Position numbers and translations under genes: made by a program. The notes under the pieces were generated by a model. It saw nothing but the letters and a program-made list of their open reading frames with translations. It was not told the origin of the DNA and searched no databases. Positions 1-12,589 of a stretch of 64,000 nucleotides of DNA are shown here, piece by piece (position 1 is the first letter of the stretch; the number at the start of each line of letters is the position of its first letter). This DNA is from Octopus sinensis (Eukaryota): assembly GCF_006345805.1 (NCBI RefSeq), contig NW_021833461.1, positions 1 to 64,000 of the forward strand, given 5' to 3'.

Positions 1-994
1 AGTAATTTTAAAAAATTAAAACGTTTATTAGGTTAGATCATACTATTTTGTTATGTTTTTCAAGAGTATGACATTTAATTACCCATAAGCAGTAAAATAA
101 AGCAACACAATACAATAACGGTGGTGCAAATTAACGAAGCATTTATAATTTTCATGTCAGACAATGGAAATCTAAAAAGCCCGCGTTATTTTGAGAGGTT
201 TCAACTCACTGTTTTGTTGGATGTGACGGTGACCTGTTTCATTTTGGTGTCACGACTGGAGACTCTTAAAATTGGTCAAATATATTTAGTGTTATATTTA
301 AGGGAAATAGGGCGGAGAATGACAGAATTGGTAATTAGCAAACCAAAGTACCTTGCAGTATTCTGTCACATCTCTGTATGTTCTGTGATCAAATCCTGCA
401 AGGGTCGACTTTGCTTTTCATTTTTTTTTCCGGGTTGGTTAAAATATATATCCATGATTGCTTGTATCAATCGGTAAATCTCTCCGGTCTAATGGCAATG
501 TAGGAAGCCAGTTTAATTCAAGAAAATAATTCACTAGAAAGCAAGAGGTAATCGCTTGTGGTATCAAATTCATCGATATGGGTTCGATCACCTTTTAAGT
601 AATTGCGCTACCTTTACATCACTTAAGTACACTTGCCTCAACATTACATTTGGGTGTAGGTATGAAGGCCACCAAATGCCATAAAAATTGTCTTCCAACA
701 TTTGATAAGTTCTTGGAATTAAAGAAATTCTCGTGACCGTATCGATATATTGCTCAAAGACATTTCACTTCAAGCGCATACAAATTTTGCTGAAAACAGA
801 TAAAAAACAATATAACGATTATATAAAACACTAGAATACTCGTGCCATCAATAATGGTTTCAAAATTTTCCGCAAGGGCAGCCATTTAGCGGGAGGGAAT
901 GGGTCGATTACATCGACTCCCACAAAGGATAAATAGCAAAGTCGACCACAGCGGTATTTGAACTTAGATCAGAGAGACAGGCGAAATACTCTCT

Positions 995-1387
995 TCTATT
1001 TTAGACACAAGGCCCGAAATTTTTAAGGAGGGGGCCAGTCGATTAGATCGATCCCAGTATGCAACTGGTACTTAATTTATCGACCCCGAAAAGATGAAAG
1101 GAAAAGTCGACCTCGGCGGAATTTGAACTCAGAATGTAAAGACAGACGAAATACCTATTTCTTTACTACCAACAAGGGGCTAAGCACAGAGAGGACAAAC
1201 AAGGACAGACAAACGGATTAAGTCAATTATATCGAACCAGTACGTAACTGGTACTTATTTAATCGACCCCGAAAGGATGAAAGGCAAAGTCGACTTCGGC
1301 GGAATTTGAACTCAGAAAGTAACGGCAGACGAAATGCTGCTAAGCATTTCACCCAGCTTGCTAACAATTCTGCCAGCTCGCCGCCTT
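995..1387 (-). mobile_element. tRNA-derived SINE with Meta-like core, internally duplicated
   Basis: Reverse complement begins aaggcggcgagctggcagaa and contains the core gtcgactttgcctttcatcctttcggggtcgat twice. The same family recurs many times in the window. Confidence 0.85.
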
Positions 1388-1548
1388 CTCGTGCCATCAT
1401 TAATGACAGCTAGACCTATTTATTTTTCAATTGTTTCCATTATAATCTTTCTTCAGCACAAATTCCCTCGTTCTCTCTTCTAAGATTTTTTTCTTCTGTT
1501 TCATCTGTCGGCCTTACTTCAGACGTATATCTTCAATATTCTAATCTT

Positions 1549-1920
1549 AGGGCGGCGAGCTGGCAGAAACGTTAGCACGCCGGGTGAAATGCTTAGCAGC
1601 ATTTCATCTGCCATTACGTTCTGAGTTCAAATTCCGCCGAGGTCGACTTTGCCTTTCATCCTTTCGGGGACGATTAAATAAGTACCAGTTACGCACTGGG
1701 GTCGATATAATCGACTTAATCCATTTATCTGTCCTTGTTTGTCCCCTCTCTGTTTAGCCCCTTGTGAGTAGTAAAGAAATAGGTATTTCGTCTGCCGCTA
1801 CGTTCTGAGTTCAAATTCCACCGAGGTCGACTTTGCCTTTCATCCTTTCGGTGTCGATTAAATAAGTACCAGTTACACACTGGGGTCGATATAATCGACT
1901 AATCGACTTAATCCGTTTGT
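1549..1920 (+). mobile_element. Meta-like core SINE, head-to-head with the previous copy
   Basis: agggcggcgagctggcagaaacgttagc head; duplicated gtcgactttgcctttcatcc core. Confidence 0.85.
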
Positions 1921-2172
1921 GAGTTCGATTCCCGACGACGCGTTGTGTCCTTGAGCAAAGACACTTTATTTCATGTTGCTCCAGTCCACTCATCTGGCAA
2001 AAATGAGTCGTACCAGTATTTGAAAGAGCCATCCTTGTCACATTCTGTGTCACACGGAATCTTCCAGAGAACTACATTAAGAGTATACGTGTCTGTGGAA
2101 TGATTTCACGATCAGGCTGTTCCGTTGATCGGATCAACTGGAACCCTCGTCGTCGTAACCGACGGAATGTCA
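1921..2172 (+). mobile_element. 5'-truncated SINE (second family)
   Basis: B-box-like gagttcgattccc; gtgtccttgagcaaagacactttatttc core; tail ctgttccgttgatcggatcaactggaaccctcgtcgtcgtaaccgacgg shared with 14666-14940 and 57355-57645. Confidence 0.75.
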
Positions 2173-2983
2173 GTTATTTTATGTATGTCTGCATGCATGC
2201 ACACATTCTGGGAATGGACGGTACGTTTTATTCTTGTCTAAAACACTTGACTTCACGTTGCAATCACTGCAACATCTGACGTGTGACACACCGTGCACCT
2301 TTATAGACAATGTCGAGTTGATGCCTATAATAGAGGAGACGCAAATTAGGTAACTGGTAATGATATTGGACTCGAAACCGTTTAGTTGCGAAGCGAATTT
2401 CTTAAGCACCAAGCCATGGCCACGTCTACTTCGTAGTCCTTTGAATAAAGGGGCGTTCATAAGAAGTAGAGTGTAACTAAACAAACAGACTCACCACACC
2501 CTTAAGTCTTATCACAACAGGGATGTGCTTCAAGAAACAAATACACACGAATAGAATAGAGAAAGGAATCATTGTTTCCTGTTTCAATGGAATAATGTCT
2601 CCTTCTACTAACGTGATGTTATCGCTTGTAAAGTTTTTCTTAAATTATTCCGCCAGTTCTTATCACATTTATTATAAAACTAACATCTCCAGTTTCTTCA
2701 TGGCGAAAAATATCGTAGTCAGCAAATTAAGAATATTTTGTATTTGTATTTATTTTGATATTATTTTACAGACCCAAACAATCGCCAACCAGTGTGTAGT
2801 CAATTTTTTTTAAGGGATTCTCTCATCACTATTTCGACAGTTACAGTAAAGTCAGTGTTTCCCCAATACTTGCCGAAAATCTTGAGTGTTAAGTATTTTT
2901 TTATCGCGTTGGATATTTATTTCAAGTTGAACTCTATTAATGAACTTTATATTAAATGTTTAACACATAGCTTATTTAATATA

Positions 2984-3383
2984 AAGGCATGGCTGTATGG
3001 TAAGAAGTTTGCTTACTGACCACATGTTCCGGGTTCAGTCCCACTGCGTGGCACCTTAGACAAGTGTCTTCTACTATAACCTCGAGCTACTCAAAGCCTT
3101 GTGGGTGTATTTGGTAGACGGAAACTGAAAGAAGCCCGTCGTATGTGTGCGTGTGTGTATGTGTGTATGTCTTTGTACCTGTGTTTGTTTCCCACCACAG
3201 CGTGACAACCGGTGTCGGTGTGTTTACGTCCCCGTAACTTAGCGGATCGGCACAAGGAAACGGATAAATTAGCATTCTTACGACTAAAAAGACCTGCAGT
3301 CGATTCATTCGACTAAAATTTCTTCAAAGCGGTGCCCCAGCCTGGCCACAGTCTAATAACTGAAACAAGTAAAAGATAAAAGC
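2984..3383 (+). mobile_element. tRNA-derived SINE with CORE-like domain and internal microsatellite
   Basis: ggttcagtcccactgcgtggcacc...caagtgtcttctactata; internal (TG/TA)n; tail tgaaacaagtaaaagataaaag. Confidence 0.85.
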
Positions 3384-3514
3384 TATATCTGTTATATTAG
3401 ACAGAGTCGAGTTGGAAAGCTACAAATCTCTTGCTTGCTTCTTAGTCACATGTTTGCCCTTAACAATTACGGCTAACATAAGAGGCGTTCTAATCGTGAC
3501 TGCCAGTCTCTATA

Positions 3515-3742
3515 TTTTTTTTCTTTTTACTTGTTTCATTTACTAGACTGCAGCCATACTGGGGCACCGCCTTGAGGAATTTAAGTTGAACGAAATGATC
3601 CCAGTACTTCTTTTTAAAAGCTTGGTATTTATTCTATCGGTGTCTTTTGCCGTATCGCTAAGTTGCGGGCACGTAAACACACCAACGCCGGCTGTCAAGC
3701 GGTGGGGGGAGGCAAACAGAGATCAAAGAGAAACATATATAT

Positions 3743-3797
<55 letters not shown>

Positions 3798-4236
3798 CAT
3801 ATATATATAACAATTTAGGAGTGACCCTAACAGGTCATTCGTCCAATATATATATATATATATATATATATCAGAAATGTAACCGCACGTGGATTGTTGG
3901 GGATTTTTCCTTCCTTCTCTTTGGACTTTTCTCTTTCCAACGAAGAGCTATGCTCGAAACGTTAACAACCCTCTTCTTTCGCCGAGCGTCAAATTAATAT
4001 ATTGCTTGTGCACGCCCTCACGTTCGTTTCTTCTTTTCATTTCCTGTGTTTGTTCTTTGAATTGACTGTATATGTGTGTGTATGTGGAGAGAGAGAGAGA
4101 GAGACAGGCTTCTTTCAGCTTGTATTTATCAAATCCGTACAGTAGAAGACACTTGCTCAAGGTGCCATGCAGTAGGACTGAACTCGGAACCGTGTGGTTG
4201 GGGAACAAAATGCTTCGCACACAGCCACGCCTATGC
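3515..4236 (-). mobile_element. CORE-like SINE split by a PLE-tail insertion in its internal microsatellite
   Basis: 3' half at 3515-3745 and 5' half at 4103-4236 match the family at 8991-9402. Confidence 0.7.
3880..4066 (+). mobile_element. PLE 3'-terminal fragment with degenerate minimal hammerhead (3933-3966)
   Basis: ccaacga-agagc-tat-gctc-gaaa-cg-tt; flanked by (TA)n; homologous to the tails at 12060-12347 and 60100-60386. Confidence 0.65.
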
Positions 4237-4848
4237 CTTCGTTTTCCAGAATGTGAATTGAAGCAGATTTAGTTCCTATGACTGGCAAGTCAAGAGATCA
4301 CGTATTTGTTTCTATGACTAATGTCTATAAAGTATGTTCATATGTGAGTTTGTGGATGTATGTGACGAAATTGTTGTTGTAAAGCCTACATCACAGCCAC
4401 TCATTGAATAAGACTATAACGAAAGGCGTTCCAGCTGAGACTTCATCATTTTTTTTTTCGATGTGCAGGAAATCCAGGATTATCCAAATACTCTTTTTAA
4501 GACGATAGAGTCTCATTCGGGGGAGATTTAACTGCTGTATTTAGTGAATCAAGTGGCCATACGGAGTTTCCTTACCTGCTACGTGCCCTGAAGATTATTA
4601 TTTATATACAGCATTTAAATGCTGTTGGTACACATGCTTAAATTAACTCCATTTAGAGGTCATGCAGGGTCATATAGGGGTTTTGAAGGGCCATGCAGGG
4701 ATCGTGTAAGAGTCAAGTAGGGGTCGCGTTATCCAGAGGGTCAAGAACTTTAACTGTGTCAATCAGTATTTTAAAGGCAATTTAGGGCCTATATTGAAGC
4801 AGATTTATCAGTTATAAAAATACTGCATCGTAGTCCCTCTTGGTTATG

Positions 4849-4878
4849 TTGCTGCTGCTGCTATTGCTGTAGCTGTTG

Positions 4879-4910
<32 letters not shown>

Positions 4911-4965
4911 GGTGGTGGTGGTGGTGGTGGTGTTAGTGTTGGTGGTGCTAGTGGTGTTGGTAGAA
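4849..4965. repeat. Compound (GCT)/(GTT)/(GGT)n microsatellite
   Basis: Direct reading. Confidence 0.9.
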
Positions 4966-5124
4966 TCTTGCGTTAGCACTGATTAAGACGTTTAATCAGA
5001 GGCAAACCAAGCATGACCATTCAGTCGAAAGACATGTTGTATGTATGCCGGAGTTTATATAATGTGAGTGTGCGTATGTAACGTGTCTATGTATATGTAT
5101 ATGTATATATATTATATATATATA

Positions 5125-5172
<48 letters not shown>

Positions 5173-5178
5173 TATATA

Positions 5179-5487
5179 TCACCGTGATCACCGTGACCGA
5201 CCAGGCTATCAGATGTTGCTACACATCGCTGGTCACAATGCGCTTCTCATTGTTTTAGCCTTCAAATGACGCCATCCCGCTGGCTAAGCGAGCAGGCCAA
5301 CAGAAGAAAGAGTGTGAGAAAGTTGTGGCGAAAGCGTACAGCAGGGATCGCCACCACACCCTGCCGGAGCCTCGTGGAGCTTTAGGTGTTTTCGCTCAAT
5401 AAACACTGACAACGCCCGGTCTGGGAATCGAAACCGCAATCCTACAACCGCGAGTCCGCTGCCCTAACCACTGGGCCATTGCACCTC
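5179..5487 (-). mobile_element. Near full-length tRNA-derived SINE with RTE-like tail
   Basis: Reverse complement head gaggtgcaatggcccagtggttagggcagcggactcgcgg...ggtttcgattcccag (A and B boxes). Confidence 0.85.
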
Positions 5488-5488
5488 C

Positions 5489-5544
<56 letters not shown>

Positions 5545-6622
5545 ATGAAAAAGAGGTCCACTTCCACGCAAATATAAGAATGTGGGAGAAAGGGTATTAT
5601 TGACATATAATTTCTTCTTACCTTTCTTGGACCCAAAACCCTAAGTGCATTCGAAGGGGCGCTGTCGTAATATACAGTGTGCCTTGGTCATTTAATTTGG
5701 AGAGGCAAGCCCTTCCCTGTATCGGTTTGATCCAAATTCATTTCTGCTTGACAGAAAGAGAAAGGGTTAAAGGGGAGAAAGAATGGAATCCACCCCAGAA
5801 CTGAACTGGTACTTCGCTTATTAAGCGTGGGAGGATGAAAAACAAAGACGATCTAGACAGGGTTAATGAATAGGGAGTCAGAAGTTTTACCTCAAAGCAA
5901 CCTACCGGACGCTTTAATGACTCTCCCAACTCGCCATCTTCGATATACAATACGAAGTGATCAATACCTGGATATAGAGGTTATCATAAAACAGACGCAT
6001 GCAAAAAAAAGTCATTACACCATAGGGTTTTCCTGTTTATCACAAATCCTCAGTAAGGGCGGAATTTCAGTTGACTGAAAAAAGCAGTGATTTTAGTAGA
6101 AGACTTATTCTGTCGCTCGCTTTAACAACCTCACTTGAGAACCCTTAGTAGAGCCCACTGTTTCATTCTTTTTTTATTTCATTTTTTTTTTCAAGAATTC
6201 GGGTTAGGTCTCCAGTCTGAGGATACCTTCCCCTCCCACCTATCTTGAAGACCCTGTAAAGGATCATGAGCAGTAACTTTTTCCAAGCTAAGCGATAACA
6301 AAACCAGATTACCGAGCGTAGTGTTTTTAGAACGATAGGGTGTGGCTTGAGAGATATCACGACGATTTTGCTAGCAGATCAAAGGTTGTCTTCATGTAGG
6401 CGTTTACCGAGTGAATAAGGTGAGAAAATTTTGTCCATAGAGAAAAATATGTCCATAATTAAGTGCAAATTTTTCTACACGAATCTGTAAAAAAATTGCC
6501 GTGGGCATCGGTCCGGTTGTCCTTCGACCACACGAATGCATCTCCTGAACGAATAATCTATGTACAAATTCCCAAACCATAGTAATGTTTCTTTTATTGT
6601 ATACAATAACAATAACAATAAA

Positions 6623-7095
6623 AACAAGAGCACTCAGAAAATGCAAACCTCCGCCAAGGACATACCAACGTCCTCTCAGCGATTAGCCAGAGATGATTTT
6701 TATAGTGAGAATACCTGAAACAAGAGCACACAAAGAGCACAAACCTCTGCCAAGGCAACACCAATGTCCTCTCAGCGATTAGTCAGAGATGATTTTTAAA
6801 ATGAGAATATCTGAAGTAAACTCGAATGGTCTCACAAACGAGAATACTAAAAATGAACCCGGCCGCTCTCAAAAATTAATTATAAGAAAAGAAACAGGGT
6901 AAATAATCCAGAATCCTTGAGCAGTACCGGATCGATTCCGAAATCTAATCAGTTCGTGCCAGTTACGAGGTGAAACTTGCCTGAAAGTTTCATCCGAATC
7001 CATCCAGTGGTTCTTGAGATATCTAATCCACGGACAAAGAAACAAACAAACACGACTGAAAACAATACCTTCGCCTTAGCGAATGCGGAGGTAAC
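6623..7095 (+). mobile_element. Non-autonomous Helentron/HINE-like element with duplicated 5' module
   Basis: 5' aacaagagcactcag...acctccgccaagg occurs twice (6623, 6719); internal (AAAC)n; 3' gcggaggt is complementary to the 5' acctccgc and is preceded by a small hairpin. Confidence 0.65.
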
Positions 7096-7184
7096 AATCT
7101 TTCTGGGGTACAGAGGATTCGCAATCTAGACTAGGGTCTGAAGGTTTACCACACCATAGTGGGTTACACCATGGTTCCTCTGCT

Positions 7185-7366
7185 TTGTGGCAGAAGTAGA
7201 AAGAAAGAGTGAAAGAAACCGGGGTTCACCACCCCTCCCCGACGGAGCCTCGTGGAGCTTAGGTGTTTTTGCTCAATAAACACTCACGATGCCCGGTCTG
7301 AGAATCGAAACCGCGTTCTTACGACCGCGATTCCGCTGCCCTAACCAGTGGACCATTGTGCCTCCA
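7185..7366 (-). mobile_element. SINE 5' portion
   Basis: Matches the head of 5179-5487. Confidence 0.75.
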
Positions 7367-7386
7367 CGGCTGCTGCTGTTGCTGCT

Positions 7387-7840
7387 AAGGCGGCGAGCTG
7401 GCAGAATTGTTAGCATGCTAGACAAAGTGCTATACGGAATTACGTCGTCTTAACGTCCTGAGTTCAAATTCTGCCAAGGTCGACTTTGCCTTTCATCCTT
7501 TTGGGGTCGATGAGTTAAGTACCGGTTGACAATTGGGGGCGGGGTCAATGTTATCGACTAGCCACCCCACTCTCCCCCAAATTTCCAGACCTTGTAGAGA
7601 GGATAATTATTATTGTTGCTGTTTAGGAGGCAAGCTGGCTGAATCGTTAGCAACCGGACAAAATGCTTAGCGGACAAAATGCTTAGTGGCATTTCGTCCG
7701 GCTTTACTCTCTGAGTTCAAATTTCGCCGTTCATCCTGTCGAGGTTGATACATTACCTACCAGTTGAGCACTGGGGTCATTCTAATCGACGTCGCTCCCC
7801 ACCCCAGAAATTACTGGCCTTGTGCCAAATTTGAAACCAT
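7387..7840 (+). mobile_element. Two tandem degenerate Meta-like SINEs
   Basis: aaggcggcgagctggcagaa at 7387 and aggaggcaagctggctgaa at about 7625. Confidence 0.75.
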
Positions 7841-8297
7841 TATTGTTGTTGTTGCTATTTCAGAAACCTTCTCATAATAAATACACTCCCTATTAAAATC
7901 CAATTTGAAAGTTAATCTTTGAATGGATTCAAACTGCTTTTGTGCTGGTTTTCTTTATGCGAAGGGTGGCGAGTTTCATTAACAAAGACGTATAGAAATA
8001 TACTTCCTCTCTCTTGCTCTCTCACCCTCCTCCCGCTCTCTTTCTCTCTCTCTCTTTTTCCTCTTTCCTTCCCTCTCAAACTGATTCTGCTTGCCAGTAG
8101 TCAGACAATATCTGGGACTTTAATAGTATAAAGATACACGCTTCGGAAATGTATTTCCCACAGTTTATTGTACTAAGTTATAAAAGAAAATTTATGAAAG
8201 TTATTTGGTTTAATGAGTCATAAATTTCAAAATAAAACCGTGTATTTCATAACTTTTTAATAACTGTAAAACAACAGTTTGAAATATGTTATTCCTA

Positions 8298-8660
8298 TTG
8301 AAGAATAAAAGGTTATTTGATTTCAAAACCCCACCCAAATATGTGGTGTAAAGGCTATCTGTGGGACCAGCCGCCAAATATGGAGCAAACAAAAGCCATT
8401 TTTATATTCTAAATTGTTATTCTTGTATGGGCGTCGGTAAGGACGAACGATCTGGTTTATTTCGAAGGACTTTTGGGCTGGGTTCTATTATGGAAAAGTT
8501 TCAGAAATCTCTTGCTTGACATTGCTACCTAGGGCCACTGCCGGTTAAGCACCATAAGCACGGAAGTGTCGCCACGTGAGACTGTCCGAGATTGACGGAA
8601 AGAGCCGAAACTATTCTGTTAGCGTTCGTGCAATGTCCGGGAATTGCTGATGTGTGTATC

Positions 8661-8725
<65 letters not shown>

Positions 8726-8733
8726 TGTGTGCC

Positions 8734-8766
<33 letters not shown>

Positions 8767-8821
8767 ATATATATATGTATTTGGGTGGGGTTTTGAAATC
8801 AAATAACCTTTTATTCTTCAA
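8298..8821. repeat. Perfect 44-bp inverted repeat pair (8298-8341 / 8778-8821)
   Basis: ttgaagaataaaaggttatttgatttcaaaaccccacccaaata and its exact reverse complement. Confidence 0.85.
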
Positions 8822-8854
8822 AAAAAGAACAACAAGCACAAAAACAACAACAAC

Positions 8855-8985
8855 GTGAGGACGTGTTACATGTAAAGCATTAGCAGGGAATGAAAGAAAG
8901 ATGGTTTAAAGTTTCGAGCAGAGCTCTTCTTCAGAAACAGAGGAAAGTCCAATAGAAAGGAAGACGGAGGAAGAAAATATATACA
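8855..8985 (-). mobile_element. PLE 3'-terminal fragment with minimal hammerhead (8904-8938)
   Basis: Minus strand gttt-CTGAAGA-agagc-tct-gctc-GAAA-ct-TT-aaac; stem I gttt/aaac. Confidence 0.7.
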
Positions 8986-8990
8986 TATAT

Positions 8991-9402
8991 AGGCGCAGGA
9001 GTGGCTGTTTGGTAAGTAGCTTGGTAACCAACCACATGGTTCCGGGTTCAGTCCCACTGCGTGGCATCTTGGGCAAGTGTCTTCTGCTATAGCCCCGGGC
9101 CGACCAATGCCTTGTGAGTGGATTTGGTAGACGGAAACTGAAAGAAGCCTGTCGTATATATGTATATATATATAAGTGTGTGTGAATATGTTTGTGTGTC
9201 TGTGTTTGTTCCCCTAGCATTGCTTGACAACTGATGCTGGTGTGTTTACGTCCCCGTCACTTAGCGGTTCAGCAAAAGAGACCGATAGAATAAGTACTGG
9301 GCTTACAAAGAATAAGTCCCGGGGTCGAGTTGCTCGACTAAAGGCGGTGCTCCAGCATGGCCGCAGTCAAATGACTGAAACAAGTAAAAAGAGTAAAAAG
9401 AG
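8991..9402 (+). mobile_element. Full-length CORE-like SINE
   Basis: aggcgcaggagtggctgtttggtaagtagc head to aaaaagagtaaaaagag tail. Confidence 0.9.
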
Positions 9403-9487
<85 letters not shown>

Positions 9488-9489
<2 letters not shown>

Positions 9490-9771
9490 AATTTTAAAAT
9501 TACTAAGTCTCTCTAAAAGAGATTACGGCAGCGTTACTGGAAATTAATTGTTATCGCCATATTAATATGGCAGTCTTATAGATATAAAACTAAAAGCTGT
9601 CGCGGATTAGCTCCATGAGGCCATCGCCTTAAGATAGCTTGTTCGAAGGTTATAATGGACACAGTTAGTGTGTCAAATAGCTATCTTAAGGCGATGGCCT
9701 CATGGAGCTAATCAGCGACAGCTTTTAGTCTTATATCTATAAGACTGCCATATTAATATGGCGATAACAAT
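9488..9771. mobile_element. Fold-back remnant of PLE-type terminal repeat (family of 22111-22778)
   Basis: Arms 9547-9645 / 9680-9771 are inverted; about 59-nt unpaired tail at 9488-9546; in (TA)/(GA) tract. Confidence 0.8.
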
Positions 9772-9774
9772 ATA

Positions 9775-10119
9775 TATATATACACACACACATACACATA
9801 CATACACAAACATACACACATACACACACATACATATACATACATACATACACACACACATACACACATACACGAATACACACATACATACACACACACA
9901 CATACACACATACATAGATACATACACACATACACACACATACATATACATACATACACACACATACATATACATACATATACATACATACACATACATA
10001 CATATACACACATACGTACACACACGCACATACACACATACACGCATGCACACATACATACATATATACACATACATACACACACACATACATACGCACA
10101 TACATATACACACACACAC

Positions 10120-10150
<31 letters not shown>

Positions 10151-12347
10151 CACACACACATACATACACACACACATACGCACATACATACACACATACA
10201 TACATAGACACATATATACACACACACACATACATATACATACATACAGACACACACATGCACACATACTCGCATGCACACATACATACATACACATACA
10301 TACACACACACATACATACTATACACACATGCACATACACACATACATACATACACACACGCGTACATATACATACATACATACACATACACATTCACAC
10401 ACACACTTACACACATACACCCGTACATACATACACACACACTTACATACACACACATACATACATACTTACACACATACACACATACATACATACACAC
10501 ACGCATACATATACATACACACACCTATACACACATACATACATATATACACACATACATAGATACATACATACATACATACACAAACATACATATACAT
10601 ACATACATACATACACACACACATACACACACACATACACACACACGCACGCACACATACATACATACACACATACATACACACACACGTACATACATAC
10701 GCACATACATACGCACATACATACACACACATATACACATACCCACACATACATACACACACATATATATACATACATACATATATACACACATACATAC
10801 ATAGATACATACATACATAAACATACATATACATACGTACATACATACACACACACACACACATACACACACATACATACATACATACATACACACACAT
10901 ACACACATACACATACATACATACATACATACATACGCACATACATACACACACATATACACACATACACACACATACATACACACACATATATATACAT
11001 ACATACATACACACACACATACACATATACATACATACATACACACACACATACATACACTACATACATAGATACATACATACACACACATACATATACA
11101 TACATATGTACACACACGCACATACACACATACACGCATGCATAAATACATACATACACAGATACGTACATACATACAAACATACACACACACATACACA
11201 CATACATACACATATATACGTACGTACATACATACATACACACATACATACACACACATACATACATACATACACGCATACATACACACACACATACACA
11301 CATACATACATACACACACGCATACATATACATACATACACATACACACACATACATACATACACACATACATACACACACACATATAAACATAAACACA
11401 CATATAAGCCTCTACATTGTACACACACGCACACATATATACATACATTCACTCGCACGCATGTACACACACACGCACACACACACATTTACATATATAT
11501 ACTATACACTCACACACACATACACACGTACAAACACACACAAACTCACATACACACCGACAGATATACATACACAATATACACCTATCCGCGCACGCAC
11601 ACATGCACACAAACACATACAAACGCTCACATACACACAAACACATACAAACGCACACATACACGCACACACATACACATACATACATACACACTCATAC
11701 AAATGAACCCACACATACATCCCTACACACACACGCACGTACAAGCACACACGCACACATACACTAGGTTAAGCAGTTACTCGCCACACACCCACACTCT
11801 ACGCATACACACACGAACACACACATGCACATACACACACTACAAACAACACCCATACATGATACATATACCCCTTTGTTTTTTTGACCTGGCTTTGCAC
11901 TGGCTGGATACAAACAAGCCAGCTTGTCATAAAGGAGTGCCTTATGACTGCTTACTTGCCATTGCTTATTATTCACCACACATACACACACACACACACA
12001 CACACGCACGCACAAACACACTTGACATCCTTGCACACACACACACGCATCCACACACATTCCCCTTTTTTTGAAACTCTCTTGCTTTTAAAAATCATGA
12101 TTCGTCTACCTCTCAACTTCTGTTCTTTCAACATGTGATCTCTTGAGCACCACCAGCAAAAATATATTTTCCTCTGTCTTCCCTTCTTGGGATCTTTCCT
12201 TCTCCTTGTTTCCGACGAAGAGCTCCGCTCGAAACGTTAAACCCTCCTTCCCTTCTTTCCTGAGCGTCAATAATACTTTAATTGTTCCACGGCCTCGTGT
12301 TGCTGTTTTTTCTCTTTTTTTCTGTGTTTTCTTGTTTGGATTAACTT
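9775..12347 (+). mobile_element. 5'-truncated Neptune-type PLE copy: CA-rich region plus HHR terminus
   Basis: Landmarks at 11390-11870 are colinear with the reverse complement of 26040-26530; terminal module 12060-12347 has HHR at 12208-12242. Confidence 0.7.
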
Positions 12348-12483
12348 TATATATATAAATATATATATATATTCCAGAAAGAGGTCAATCTTAGAGGGCA
12401 AATCAGGACACCCTAGAAATCCCAAGACTAAACCAAATTATACATGTAGATGCGAGCCAATGTATCTGGTATAGTCCCGAAAT

Positions 12484-12545
12484 TCTCTCTCTCTCTCTGT
12501 ATATATATATATATATTTCTCTCTCTCTCTTTCTCTCTCTCTCTC

Positions 12546-12587
<42 letters not shown>
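12484..12587. repeat. (CT)n/(TA)n microsatellite
   Basis: Direct reading. Confidence 0.9.

Positions 12588-12589
<2 letters not shown>

Noticed and set aside
9712-12074. Long His/Thr- or Cys/Val/Tyr-rich ORFs (also 26175-28860, 58720-59944, and Tyr/Ile runs)
   Set aside because: They are translations of CA/TG/TA repeats, open on both strands because such repeats lack stop codons.
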